Shown piece by piece: positions 20,084 to 29,563 of a stretch of DNA of 64,000 bases. The notes under the pieces were generated by a model. That model was given only the letters and a program-made list of their open reading frames with translations. It did not search any database and had not been told where the DNA came from. The stretch comes from Leptospiraceae bacterium (GTDB lineage: Bacteria; Spirochaetota; Leptospiria; Leptospirales; Leptonemataceae): positions 96,001-160,000 of the forward strand of contig JAVJNR010000003.1 in the NCBI GenBank assembly GCA_040217195.1, in the 5' to 3' direction. Position 1 is the stretch's first letter. Each line of letters starts with the position of its first letter. Both the position numbers and the translations under genes were made by a program.

Positions 20084-21349
20084 ATGGCAGAATCCGACCC
20101 GTCCGAAAGCCAGAAGAAGGGACGTCCGGGACTGGAAGAGGAAATCCACCGGGCCATTCCCACCGCCGCAGCCGAGCGATTGCAACGATTCCTTTCTCAT
20201 AGCCTTTCCTGGTCCGGTCAGCAACTGGAAAAGCTCTCGGATTCCCCGTTTGTAGACCGCACCGGTTTTGCCCATGCGGTAAAGTCTGCCGGAGATCGGC
20301 TGCAACAGGCGGCTCAGGATGCACCCCAGGTTCTGGAAACCACACTGGCCGATCTTCATCAGGCATTTGAAGGCGCCTTTGAATCTACAGTGGAATCCTA
20401 TCGTCTGGCAGATAGCTCGGTGCGACGGTCAGTTCTTGAAAATGTTCCTGCGGTCAGTGTTCTGGGCTCAAGCTTCAAAGCCGGTGAGACTATCCAGACT
20501 TCCTTCCGGATGGACGGCCAAGACATTGGAGTTCAGCAATTGCTGGATGCCTACCGTTCCTCGGGCAAAAAACGAATGGTAATATTTCTTCCAGGACTCT
20601 TTTCGGATGAAAGTCTATGGCAGAATTCAGGCACTCCTTTTCCTTTTTCTGAAGCCGTGGATTCCATGGATGGCTTTTGCGCATTCCTTAGATTTCCTCC
20701 TTTGCAATCCATTCCAGATACCGGCCGTGAACTTCTAGAACTACTGCTCTCATTAAAAGAACATCATAATCAGCCAGTGGACCTGGTGGCCTACAGCGAA
20801 GGCGGACTGGTTTTACGTTCCGCACTGGATCAGGATCAAAGAAACGGTTCACACATCATTCCAATGATCCGGCATGCATTGATGATCAGTTCTCCGGATG
20901 CAGGCTCCTTTCTGGAAAAAATGGGATTCTGGATTGGATTGGGCCTGGCCGGCCTTTCTCAGCTGGCCCATCAACTTCTTAATTATCCGGAACTGGAACG
21001 AAGTGCAGCCATTGAGGATTTAAGTCTGGGCAGAATTCGCAAAGCGGAAGAACAGGAACCTGGACGGCTATACTACGGAGAACTGGATCAAATACCTGCC
21101 ACTCAAATTTACAGTCTGATTACCAAGAACAACAATGTCTGGGAATCCTGGGTAGGCGATGGAGTGGTGGAAGAAGTCTCTCTAGCCTATCTTTCAGCTC
21201 GCGTTTATGCGAAAAAAGAAAATGCAGTGAATCGAGTACATTGTGTCCTGGGTAGAAATCATTTTCAAATCCTGAATGATCCGGCCACGTCTCGCATCTT
21301 GCGATCGGTTTTGAATGAACCCTTTTCCATTAAGCCAGAATCCGGCTGA
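20084..21349 (+). CDS. Alpha/beta-hydrolase (lipase/esterase, PGAP1-like)
   Basis: FLPGL oxyanion motif, AYSEGG nucleophile elbow, GDGVV and C-terminal NHF His. Confidence 0.75.
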   Translation: MAESDPSESQKKGRPGLEEEIHRAIPTAAAERLQRFLSHSLSWSGQQLEKLSDSPFVDRTGFAHAVKSAGDRLQQAAQDAPQVLETTLADLHQAFEGAFESTVESYRLADSSVRRSVLENVPAVSVLGSSFKAGETIQTSFRMDGQDIGVQQLLDAYRSSGKKRMVIFLPGLFSDESLWQNSGTPFPFSEAVDSMDGFCAFLRFPPLQSIPDTGRELLELLLSLKEHHNQPVDLVAYSEGGLVLRSALDQDQRNGSHIIPMIRHALMISSPDAGSFLEKMGFWIGLGLAGLSQLAHQLLNYPELERSAAIEDLSLGRIRKAEEQEPGRLYYGELDQIPATQIYSLITKNNNVWESWVGDGVVEEVSLAYLSARVYAKKENAVNRVHCVLGRNHFQILNDPATSRILRSVLNEPFSIKPESG

Positions 21350-21393
21350 AACATTGCCTGGCATCAGCCGAAACAGGTATCAAAGGTAAAACA

Positions 21394-22698
21394 ATGAAGC
21401 AGGGAACCGTAAATGACATTCTGCAACAGGAAGAGGTGCACGGAGCCATCCTTGGTAACCGATTCAGATATGGAGCCATTTTATTCATCGGTGTTGCAAT
21501 TATCTGGAACACTTCACAGTTAGAAGGAGCCGGTGTAATCGCAAACATGGTATCATTTGGGGCTTTTGCTCTAATAACCATGCTCCATACAATTGTACTT
21601 CGATGGGGAAAGCCATTATTGATCAAGAGCTTTAACTATCTCACTTTGCTCTTTGACTATATTCTTATTACCGGATTGATCATTTTCTGGACTGTTACAG
21701 AAAGTCCGGAAAATGCTGGCTTTGCGCTCAAGAATCCGACGAATTTATACTATCTGATTCCACTACTTATTCCAACCTTTCAGTTTAGAATCAAATACGT
21801 GGTAATTTCTTACATCCTGTTCCTCATGATCCATGCAGGTAGTATACTGGTTTCTTTTCATCTTGGAGCAGAAACCACCAATAGCTGGTATTCCTATGTT
21901 ATGGGCGAAGGAGTCATTCTGGCGGATTTGATTCCTACCAGACCCATGCTCTTTGGCCTGGTGGCTTTGACTGCAGGACTTACCATTCGCAGATCTTTGA
22001 GCATGCTTCGCAGGCTGGCCAGCGCAGAAGCGCAAAAAACCATACTTTCGCGTTATTTCAGTCCAGAACTGGCCCAGAGACTGACATCTCAGCCAGATCA
22101 GCTTCGTACCGGAGATAGACGATTTGTAACAATACTGTTTAGCGATATTAGAGGCTTCACAACACTTTCCGAGCATCTTCCACCCGAGGACCTGGCCAGA
22201 ATGCTCACTGAATACCGAGAGCAGGTAACCGAGATTATCTTCAAACACGGAGGAATGATCGATAAGTTCATTGGTGATGCTGTAATGGCAGTTTTTGGTG
22301 TGCCCGAGAGTAATGGATCTAAAGAGGATTCCCGGGCTGCCGTTGAATGTGCACGCGAAATGCTAATTACCTTACCAGATTTTAACCGGGAACTGGTGAA
22401 ATGGCTGCCTGCCAGGCTCGACATTGGCATTGGCTTACATTGCGGAGAGGTCTTTGCAGGTACCATCGGTTCCGAAAACCGACTGGAATACACGGTCCTG
22501 GGCGATGCAGTCAATACAGCGTCTCGCCTGGAAGGATTATGCAAAAAACTGGGTCGTCGTCTTGTAGTTAGTAAAGAGCTGGTGGATCTGGCTGGATCCA
22601 CCGGATTTGAAAGTGTTGCAAAGGTGCAAGTTCGCGGACGAAGCCAACCGATTCAGGTATTTGCGCCTGTAGGTTTTCCTCTGGCCACCAGTTCATGA
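21394..22698 (+). CDS. Membrane-bound class III adenylate cyclase
   Basis: About 6 TM helices, then ILFSDIRGFT, DKFIGDAVMA and EYTVLGDAVNTASR; Lys/Thr residues indicate ATP specificity. Confidence 0.92.
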   Translation: MKQGTVNDILQQEEVHGAILGNRFRYGAILFIGVAIIWNTSQLEGAGVIANMVSFGAFALITMLHTIVLRWGKPLLIKSFNYLTLLFDYILITGLIIFWTVTESPENAGFALKNPTNLYYLIPLLIPTFQFRIKYVVISYILFLMIHAGSILVSFHLGAETTNSWYSYVMGEGVILADLIPTRPMLFGLVALTAGLTIRRSLSMLRRLASAEAQKTILSRYFSPELAQRLTSQPDQLRTGDRRFVTILFSDIRGFTTLSEHLPPEDLARMLTEYREQVTEIIFKHGGMIDKFIGDAVMAVFGVPESNGSKEDSRAAVECAREMLITLPDFNRELVKWLPARLDIGIGLHCGEVFAGTIGSENRLEYTVLGDAVNTASRLEGLCKKLGRRLVVSKELVDLAGSTGFESVAKVQVRGRSQPIQVFAPVGFPLATSS

Positions 22699-23342
22699 GT
22701 GTATTTCAATCGACTTAGCTCGGCGATTTCATGCATTCTCTCATGTAGAAATGTTTCCGGAACGGAATGCTGATCGTATGCGGTGGGAACTCCAATTCGA
22801 ATCAATACTTCGGTTCTACGCGGAAAACTGTGATCTTTGTATTCGAAGCCCAGGGGAACAACCTGCACTGGATTTTCTGGTCGGCCCACAACAAATCTAA
22901 AACCTGGAGTCCTGCCACGACCCATCTTACCCTTGAAGTGCGTCTGTTCTGGAAAGATTGTAACCAGGTGTCCATCATGCAGAATCTTACGTGCAAGCAG
23001 TAGGTCCCTCTTACTCTTTTCAGGATTCTTTCTATCTACTGGAATGCCGCCGCAGTGCAGAAAGAATTTCGATGCCAGGCCTTTGGCCAGGGTGTCTTTC
23101 ATTATGCACCATACATCCCAGCGAACCGGATGCAGGGCACGAACCAGGCCCAGAGGTATATCAGAATTGCGAACATGCTTGGCCAGAATCAATACAGAGC
23201 TTTCCCGGGGAACATTCTCCATTCCCTGGACTCGAACTTTAAACCTGAGTCGTGTGTAGATCTGACCGAACCACTCCAGCAGAAAAACCGCATATCGTTT
23301 CTTACCGGGATGACCTTCGTACTTCTTATAAATATTGGACAC
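22653..23342 (-). CDS. PlsC-family acyltransferase
   Basis: HxxxxD (KHVRNSD), GIPVDR, IFPEQT. Confidence 0.88.
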   Translation of the reverse strand: MSNIYKKYEGHPGKKRYAVFLLEWFGQIYTRLRFKVRVQGMENVPRESSVLILAKHVRNSDIPLGLVRALHPVRWDVWCIMKDTLAKGLASKFFLHCGGIPVDRKNPEKSKRDLLLARKILHDGHLVTIFPEQTHFKGKMGRGRTPGFRFVVGRPENPVQVVPLGFEYKDHSFPRRTEVLIRIGVPTAYDQHSVPETFLHERMHEIAELSRLKYTHELVARGKPTGANT

Positions 23343-23380
23343 CGCTACCCTCTTTATTCTTGTTTTGATCTCTCACGTAT

Positions 23381-23875
23381 TCAATTGCGGAGCTCTTTTT
23401 CCTGGCTCAGAAAGGCACCACTGGATATACGCCGGTACACCGGCTTGCGGTATAGGAACTGCAATTTCAGTATTGGTTGCAAAAATATTCCCATGAGTCC
23501 TCTGCCCTGAAACTGAATGGAATCCACGATTCTAGTTTCTGAATGAGTCGAATTGATGGCAATTTCTTCAAATCTGTGGGTATGCCTCCAGAATCGCAGA
23601 AAAAAAGGAAGCTTCCTGCCTTCATCGACAAATTGATAGACTCTACCAGAATCCAGGTAACCGGATTCCACATTTTCGCTGATCCATTCCTGTTTGAACA
23701 GCAGAAAGTTCAGGCTCAAATGCGTAATCCCCGCCTTTTGCGTTCCATCAAATCGAATGATTTTCACCGGTGGAAAAGGTGGATTCAATTTTCGAAATAG
23801 GCTCAGATTCAAGGATTCCAGTACGGTGTTCAGATCTGCCTGGACAATTGTGATTACTTCAATTCGCTTCAACAT
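23381..23875 (-). CDS. SRPBCC family protein
   Basis: LNPPFPP and FVDEG..LPFFLRFWRHTH motifs; GGAGG RBS before ATG 23875. Confidence 0.75.
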   Translation of the reverse strand: MLKRIEVITIVQADLNTVLESLNLSLFRKLNPPFPPVKIIRFDGTQKAGITHLSLNFLLFKQEWISENVESGYLDSGRVYQFVDEGRKLPFFLRFWRHTHRFEEIAINSTHSETRIVDSIQFQGRGLMGIFLQPILKLQFLYRKPVYRRISSGAFLSQEKELRN

Positions 23876-23925
23876 TGCCTCCGCTGTGGTCTTGACATCC
23901 CGACCCCCCAACGGCACTCAGGATA

Positions 23926-24939
23926 ATGCATTGCCTGGTAACCGGTGGCGCCGGCTTTATTGGATCTCATGTAGTTCGAAGTCTGCTGGAAAGAAAACAC
24001 AAAGTACGAGTATTGGCCCTTCCTTCTGAACCCAGGAACCGACTGACCGGACTGGATGTTGAAATCCAGGACGGAGACCTTACCAGTGCCCTGGATCTGG
24101 ATCGGGCTCTGGATGGCATAGAGTGCGTATTTCATCTGGCGGCTGTTCATGCCCAATGGATGCCGGACTTCAGTCCAATGTACAGAGTCAATGTGGATGG
24201 GACCAAATTGCTTCTGGAGAAAAGTAAGGAGCATGGAGTTCGTCGAATTGTCTATACCAGTACGCAAAATGTTATTGGCTGGAATCCCCGAGGTCCATCA
24301 ACAGAAGACACTCCTTTTAAAGAATTCAAGAAAAGTTCCCATTATACAAAGAGCAAGTATCTTGCCGAGCAAGAGGTATGGAAGTTCATTGAGTCCAACG
24401 ATTCGCCTGAAATCGTAATTCTCAATCCATCCGGTCCCTTTGGGCCCGGAGATACAGGACCAACCGGTAAGGTAGTCCAGGACTTTTTGAGAGGTAAGGT
24501 TCCGTTCTACTTTTTTGGTTATTTCAATGTCATTGACGTAGATGATCTTTCTGAAGGCCAGATTCTGGCCATGGAAAAAGGCCGGCCGGCAACAAGATAC
24601 ATCCTGGCCGGTCATGATGTATCTCTAAAGCAATTCTTTCAATATCTGGAATCTGCCAGCGGAGTTAAAGCCCCTTCCCTGCGATTACCTCGATTCCTGG
24701 TGTACATTGTGGGTTACATCCTTGAGAAAGTATCTGATTGGTTTACCCACAGGCCTCCCAAGCTTACAGTGGATCGGGTGCGACAGAGAGGTAGAAAAAA
24801 GCTACTGGACAATTCAAGAATTCGCGAACTGGGACTTGAAATCAGGCCCATAGAGGAAACTCTAAAACGAACCGTGGAATTTCACAAAAAATACCTGGCA
24901 GACCTGGATCAGCGCAAATCCAGTATTGAACATGGCTAG
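23926..24939 (+). CDS. NAD-dependent epimerase/dehydratase (dihydroflavonol reductase/HpnA-like)
   Basis: TGGAGFIG, FHLAA, YTKSK, NPSGPFGPGD. Confidence 0.88.
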   Translation: MHCLVTGGAGFIGSHVVRSLLERKHKVRVLALPSEPRNRLTGLDVEIQDGDLTSALDLDRALDGIECVFHLAAVHAQWMPDFSPMYRVNVDGTKLLLEKSKEHGVRRIVYTSTQNVIGWNPRGPSTEDTPFKEFKKSSHYTKSKYLAEQEVWKFIESNDSPEIVILNPSGPFGPGDTGPTGKVVQDFLRGKVPFYFFGYFNVIDVDDLSEGQILAMEKGRPATRYILAGHDVSLKQFFQYLESASGVKAPSLRLPRFLVYIVGYILEKVSDWFTHRPPKLTVDRVRQRGRKKLLDNSRIRELGLEIRPIEETLKRTVEFHKKYLADLDQRKSSIEHG

Positions 24940-25119
24940 GTACATAGAATTCTAATCCAGAAGGTTAGTCTTCTAAATTCCTTTGAAACTCGTAACAGGT
25001 ATGCCGCGAACCTTGTTAGCAGGTTATTTCGGTCCGGGCTGCCGGATAATCCAATAGTCTCTGCTCCAATAAAGGTAGCAGTTCCTCCGTAGACAGCATA
25101 TGGAATAGATTCAAAAACA

Positions 25120-26268
25120 ATGGATATAGATCATTCAACAGGAAAGTGCATGGAAGGCCGTCCCGGGAGCCCTGGTAGGGCCCTTGGCTTTGTTGCAATA
25201 ATCTGTATTTTTTGCGTCACCGCCTGTAGCGGAATCAACAAAGACAGAGTTGGTCCAGACAATGCAGCGGATCAACATTACAAGAAGGAGCTAAGCGAAT
25301 CCAGAGAAATGTGGTTTATTACACCTGAAAAAGCTCGAGACATGGTTCAAAACGAAGCCCAAATATTGGATGCCCGCCATTACGCTGAATATGCACTTTC
25401 GCATGTAAGCGGTGCCAGGAATATTTCCTGGAAGGATTTTGTGCAGGAAGGCACCGGACTTCTGGTGGATCGCAGCCATTTACTGGATTTGCTTCTGGAC
25501 GAAACGTTACGGCCGGAAGGTTCCATCGTAGTCTACGGAGCAGCTCTGGAGGGATGGGGCGAAGAGGGTCGCATCGCCTGGATGCTCAGAAAAGCAGGGT
25601 TTGCACAAACGTACATAGTAAATGGCGGATTCGAAAAACTACATCCATTGCTGGGCTTAACCTATGGGCCGGCCGCCGGCGAACAGGAAGTCCTGGCCAA
25701 GAATTCAAGGCAATCTATCTTTCCCGGAAGAAACTCCCGGAAGGGTATAACGGATTCTGTGGACATTTCGAATCAAGAACTCAACGATATTCGACAGAAA
25801 GCCACGGTCATAGTAATTGATGGTAGAGAGCAAAGAGAGTATCTGGGCCAGACTCCCTATGGAGAAACCAGAGGTGGTCATATTCCCGGAGCGATCCATA
25901 TATACTTTAAAGATTTCCTACGAAAAGATGGACGGATTCTGAGTTTGCCGGAGCTCAAGGAATTGTTGATTTCGTATCCAGCTATTCAAACTGCCATTGA
26001 GAACCTGCGGCAGGAAGGGTCCGGCAACACAAATCGCTCCAGTCCTGATTCCGTAGCTCCCAGTGGATCCGATATCACAGATGAAGAGATTCAAAGATTG
26101 ATCTTTGTTTCTTACTGTACAGGAGGCGTGAGATCCGCATTCATTACAGCCGTTTTAAGGCATCATGGATTGAATGCTCGCAACTATTCCGGAGGTATGT
26201 GGCAATGGTCCAGAGGTTCTAACTCGGAATTCCCTCTTACCGCCGGTCAGTCGGATTCTCGCCCATGA
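25120..26268 (+). CDS. Two-domain rhodanese/sulfurtransferase, predicted lipoprotein
   Basis: Lipobox VTAC; LDAR...Y...HVSGA and DGRE..EY.G.....RGGHIPGA domains; active-site loop YCTGGVRS; NYSGGMWQW. Start may be ATG 25150. Confidence 0.9.
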   Translation: MDIDHSTGKCMEGRPGSPGRALGFVAIICIFCVTACSGINKDRVGPDNAADQHYKKELSESREMWFITPEKARDMVQNEAQILDARHYAEYALSHVSGARNISWKDFVQEGTGLLVDRSHLLDLLLDETLRPEGSIVVYGAALEGWGEEGRIAWMLRKAGFAQTYIVNGGFEKLHPLLGLTYGPAAGEQEVLAKNSRQSIFPGRNSRKGITDSVDISNQELNDIRQKATVIVIDGREQREYLGQTPYGETRGGHIPGAIHIYFKDFLRKDGRILSLPELKELLISYPAIQTAIENLRQEGSGNTNRSSPDSVAPSGSDITDEEIQRLIFVSYCTGGVRSAFITAVLRHHGLNARNYSGGMWQWSRGSNSEFPLTAGQSDSRP

Positions 26269-27671
26269 AATACATCAGGGCCAAACCGTTACCCTCTTTT
26301 GTCTTGAATACTGTTTTCGGTAGAGCGAAGCAATCCGGCCAATCTCCTGTTACCATTGAATTGGTATCCTTGAAGATCCGGAAACACCTCATTTTCACCG
26401 CTTCGGTGGGCCTGATTTTGCTATTCTTATTCAGTTGTGGCTCGTCAGAAGAATCTGAGGGCAAGGTAGATGTATCGCAGCTTTTTCCCGGAGAAAGCTG
26501 GGCGCTGCCCATGGAGAATATGGGCCCACTGGAAGGTAGTCCGGGGATTACGGCCCGGGACTGTGGAAACTGCCATAGACAGCATTACCAGGAATGGTCC
26601 AAATCCACCCATGCCCATGCACTTTCCGATATTCAATTCCAGTCTGAGCTTGCCAAACCGTCCTCCCCGGAATGGCTCTGTCTGAATTGCCATATCCCGG
26701 TGGGCAATCAGAGGCAGGAAATTGTTCGCTACGTTCAGAATGGAGATCTACTCAAGCCCATAGCCCAGAAGAATCCTGAATTCAATCCAGAAATGCGCGA
26801 AGAGGGAGTGACCTGCGCCACCTGTCATTTGAAGAAGGAAGACGGCCGCACCGTTGTAATTGGCCCCCTGGGCACCGGTCGGGCTCCCCATCCGGTGCTG
26901 GTAGATCGTAAAGCCCTGCAAAACCGATGTCTGGACTGTCATAATGTTAACTATAAAGTGTCCTCTTCTCTGGTATGCTTTTTCAATTCAGGCAATGAGT
27001 TGTCTGAATCCAATCTTTCGCACAAAGCCTGTTCCGATTGCCATATGCCTTCTGTGAATCGCCAGATAGTACAGCTACCAGGTAACTTTCCTCAAAGACT
27101 TTCGCACATGCACTATTTCATTGGCGGTGGAATTCCCAAGGAGTTCGATCTGCTGAAGTTTCAGGATAAGGGAGGCTATCGTAGTGGTCTGAGAGTTTCA
27201 CTTCTGGATTCGCACTGGGACTCCGAAAACAAATCCTTCCGATTCACCGTGGAAATGCGTAATCTGAATACCGGGCATTATCTTCCCACCGGAGACCCGG
27301 AGAGATTCATTCGAATCATACTCACGATCTTTGTTGATGGTAAGACAGTGACCAGGACTTACAGGCTGGGACAGCACTGGCAATGGGAACCGGAGGCAAC
27401 TCAACTAGAGGATAACCGGTTGAAGTCCGGTGAGGTGCGAGTATGGCAGGAACAAATCTCTATGGCTAAAAAACCGGCGCGATTACGCCTGGAAGCCATC
27501 CATATTCGCCTGAATGAGAAAAATGCAAAGTACATGGAGCAAACATCGGCCCGGGTTCCGGAACCTTATCGCGGGAAGGTAGCCCGGTTACGAAAGTTCT
27601 ATCCGATAAAAAGAATTCTCCACAGTGAAGATATTGTTCTGCCAGTGAATGGTGAATCCAGTCTACGCTAA
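26265..27671 (+). CDS. Pentahaem c-type cytochrome, predicted lipoprotein
   Basis: Five CxxCH motifs (CGNCH, CLNCH, CATCH, CLDCH, CSDCH); W..STHA c554-like motif; GHYLPTG C-terminal motif; LFSC lipobox; ATGA overlap with the rhodanese gene. Confidence 0.9.
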   Translation: MKYIRAKPLPSFVLNTVFGRAKQSGQSPVTIELVSLKIRKHLIFTASVGLILLFLFSCGSSEESEGKVDVSQLFPGESWALPMENMGPLEGSPGITARDCGNCHRQHYQEWSKSTHAHALSDIQFQSELAKPSSPEWLCLNCHIPVGNQRQEIVRYVQNGDLLKPIAQKNPEFNPEMREEGVTCATCHLKKEDGRTVVIGPLGTGRAPHPVLVDRKALQNRCLDCHNVNYKVSSSLVCFFNSGNELSESNLSHKACSDCHMPSVNRQIVQLPGNFPQRLSHMHYFIGGGIPKEFDLLKFQDKGGYRSGLRVSLLDSHWDSENKSFRFTVEMRNLNTGHYLPTGDPERFIRIILTIFVDGKTVTRTYRLGQHWQWEPEATQLEDNRLKSGEVRVWQEQISMAKKPARLRLEAIHIRLNEKNAKYMEQTSARVPEPYRGKVARLRKFYPIKRILHSEDIVLPVNGESSLR

Positions 27672-27742
27672 GAACTCCGGGATAGTTTAGAACCCGAATA
27701 TTGCGACCTCAACCGGTTGTGATCATCCGCAGCGAAAGCTTA

Positions 27743-28492
27743 TCAGGATTCCCCGGTAAAGTTCAAATTCACAGTCTCTTCTGCCGGACGCTCCTTCCAT
27801 CCTTTAGGGTCCTGGCCACGAACGCTTTGAAATTTCTCTGTGAATGGAATCTCAATTCGACCCATGGTTTTCGAGTCTACATTACCAATGCGAAACAGCG
27901 CAGGATCAATTTCCTCTCCCTTAAGAAGAAGCAAATTCATAACCAGGCCCATTCCCTCCCCTTCGGTTTGATCACCGTTGGCCATATAAAAAGAAAGCAA
28001 ATCATCGTAGCTCATACCTTCGGCCAGTTTCTCTCGAATCCTGGATTCATCTGCACCGATTAAGTCCGTGTCGTTCAATACCAGGATTCGCAACCCATCA
28101 TCCGAATGATCAAAAGAAATGGAGGTTTCCAGGCCTTTCTGCCTGGCCTTTTCGCCGTACTCTCGAATCCATTTTTCAGAAATGTTCCCTTTTAGTTTCT
28201 CCATTCCGGTGCGATACTCTTCTGGATGATTGATATCCAGTCCCAGTCCTTCAAAATAGACCCTCTTTGCATTGGCTTTAGTTGCATTCACTACCAGTTC
28301 TTTCAGACAGGAATAAAGGGTACTCTGTAGTGCAGGGTGATTGTGCTTCTTCAAAATGGCAGCAATGACAAAGTCCAGTTGCCTTTCCATGGTATCTGTA
28401 AGGGAATAAGTCACAAATCGGATGCGCTTGCCTTCGTTTACCGCCTGAAGGATTTTTTCCCGGTCTTTTACATCTAAATCTGTGCCCTGCAT
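27743..28492 (-). CDS. Stand-alone GHKL/HATPase-like protein
   Basis: N-box KELVVNATKAN and G-rich EGEGMGL; no sensor or HisKA domain. Confidence 0.6.
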   Translation of the reverse strand: MQGTDLDVKDREKILQAVNEGKRIRFVTYSLTDTMERQLDFVIAAILKKHNHPALQSTLYSCLKELVVNATKANAKRVYFEGLGLDINHPEEYRTGMEKLKGNISEKWIREYGEKARQKGLETSISFDHSDDGLRILVLNDTDLIGADESRIREKLAEGMSYDDLLSFYMANGDQTEGEGMGLVMNLLLLKGEEIDPALFRIGNVDSKTMGRIEIPFTEKFQSVRGQDPKGWKERPAEETVNLNFTGES

Positions 28493-28586
28493 GATGACAT
28501 TCTGCCTCCCCGTCCCTTGCTGGCCATATTTTTTCTTTCCCGTACAGAGGGGCCAGTATAGTTAAGGTTCCTTACAGGGGGACAAG

Positions 28587-29489
28587 ATGATTTCCAAAAA
28601 GGCTGCGATACGCTACGGAGTGGGCTTCATTGCTCTGGCTATTTCCACGTATTTTCTCACCGTTCTAACGGTGACCATTTTCAATTCCGGCCGGTCCGAA
28701 GAAATCCAGTATCCAGCATCTTTTTTTGAGCCAGCGGCTACAAATCTGGTTTTCGCTCATCGTGGCCTCACCGACGGAACCATTGAAAACACAATTCCAT
28801 CCTTCGAAAGAGCTATCGAGCTCGGAACGGATGTCCTGGAAATTGATGTGCAAATTACTCTGGACGGTACTGTAGTACTGTTTCATGATTCGGATTTAAC
28901 CCGACTGGCCGGTCGACCGGAAACCATTGCCCAGTTGAGTCTGGCCCAGATTCAGCAACTGCGCATACCTTACGGATGCCTGGATGGTTGTCAGACCATA
29001 CCAACTCTGGAGCAGTTTCTCACATCGTTTCCCGATCATCCTACCAACATTGAGCTAAAAACAGAAAGTAAGGAAATGGCCCGCCTGGTAGCCACCATGC
29101 TTGCCAGCAGACAGGACCGAAAGGATGTAATCGTAGGAAGCGCTCATTCAGAGGCCGTGGAAGAATTTCGACGTCATTCCTCTCTTCCCACTTCAGCCCA
29201 CACTTCAGAAGTTATCCAGGCATCGGTTTGCTTTTTACTTCAGGCACGCTGTAGATTTGACTTCCAGGCACTGCAACTACCCTACCGACCGAATTCCATT
29301 CTTCCGGCACTGCGTGCCGATCCAGACTTTCTGGAATGGGCCAGGCAGAGGGGATTGCGTACCCATTACTGGACAATTAATGATGCGAAAGATATGAAAA
29401 CTCTGCTTGAAAGAAATGTTGATGGATTGATGACCGATTATCCCGGCCGTGCACTGGAAATCCGTTCCAGGCTATCGTCCAAACAATAA
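28587..29489 (+). CDS. Glycerophosphodiester phosphodiesterase
   Basis: AHRG, ENT, EIDV, FHD, NIELK, WTIND, GLMTDYP; N-terminal membrane anchor. Confidence 0.93.
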   Translation: MISKKAAIRYGVGFIALAISTYFLTVLTVTIFNSGRSEEIQYPASFFEPAATNLVFAHRGLTDGTIENTIPSFERAIELGTDVLEIDVQITLDGTVVLFHDSDLTRLAGRPETIAQLSLAQIQQLRIPYGCLDGCQTIPTLEQFLTSFPDHPTNIELKTESKEMARLVATMLASRQDRKDVIVGSAHSEAVEEFRRHSSLPTSAHTSEVIQASVCFLLQARCRFDFQALQLPYRPNSILPALRADPDFLEWARQRGLRTHYWTINDAKDMKTLLERNVDGLMTDYPGRALEIRSRLSSKQ

Positions 29490-29563
29490 AACGGCCGGGG
29501 AAACAACGAAGGCTCCAATATTCATGGCCAGACAATCAAATCGGCCGTAACCTGGAAAAACAG

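Noticed and set aside
26265..27671. Possible selenocysteine in the multihaem cytochrome, as in ExtKL
   Set aside because: The ORF is continuous with no in-frame TGA and ends in TAA.
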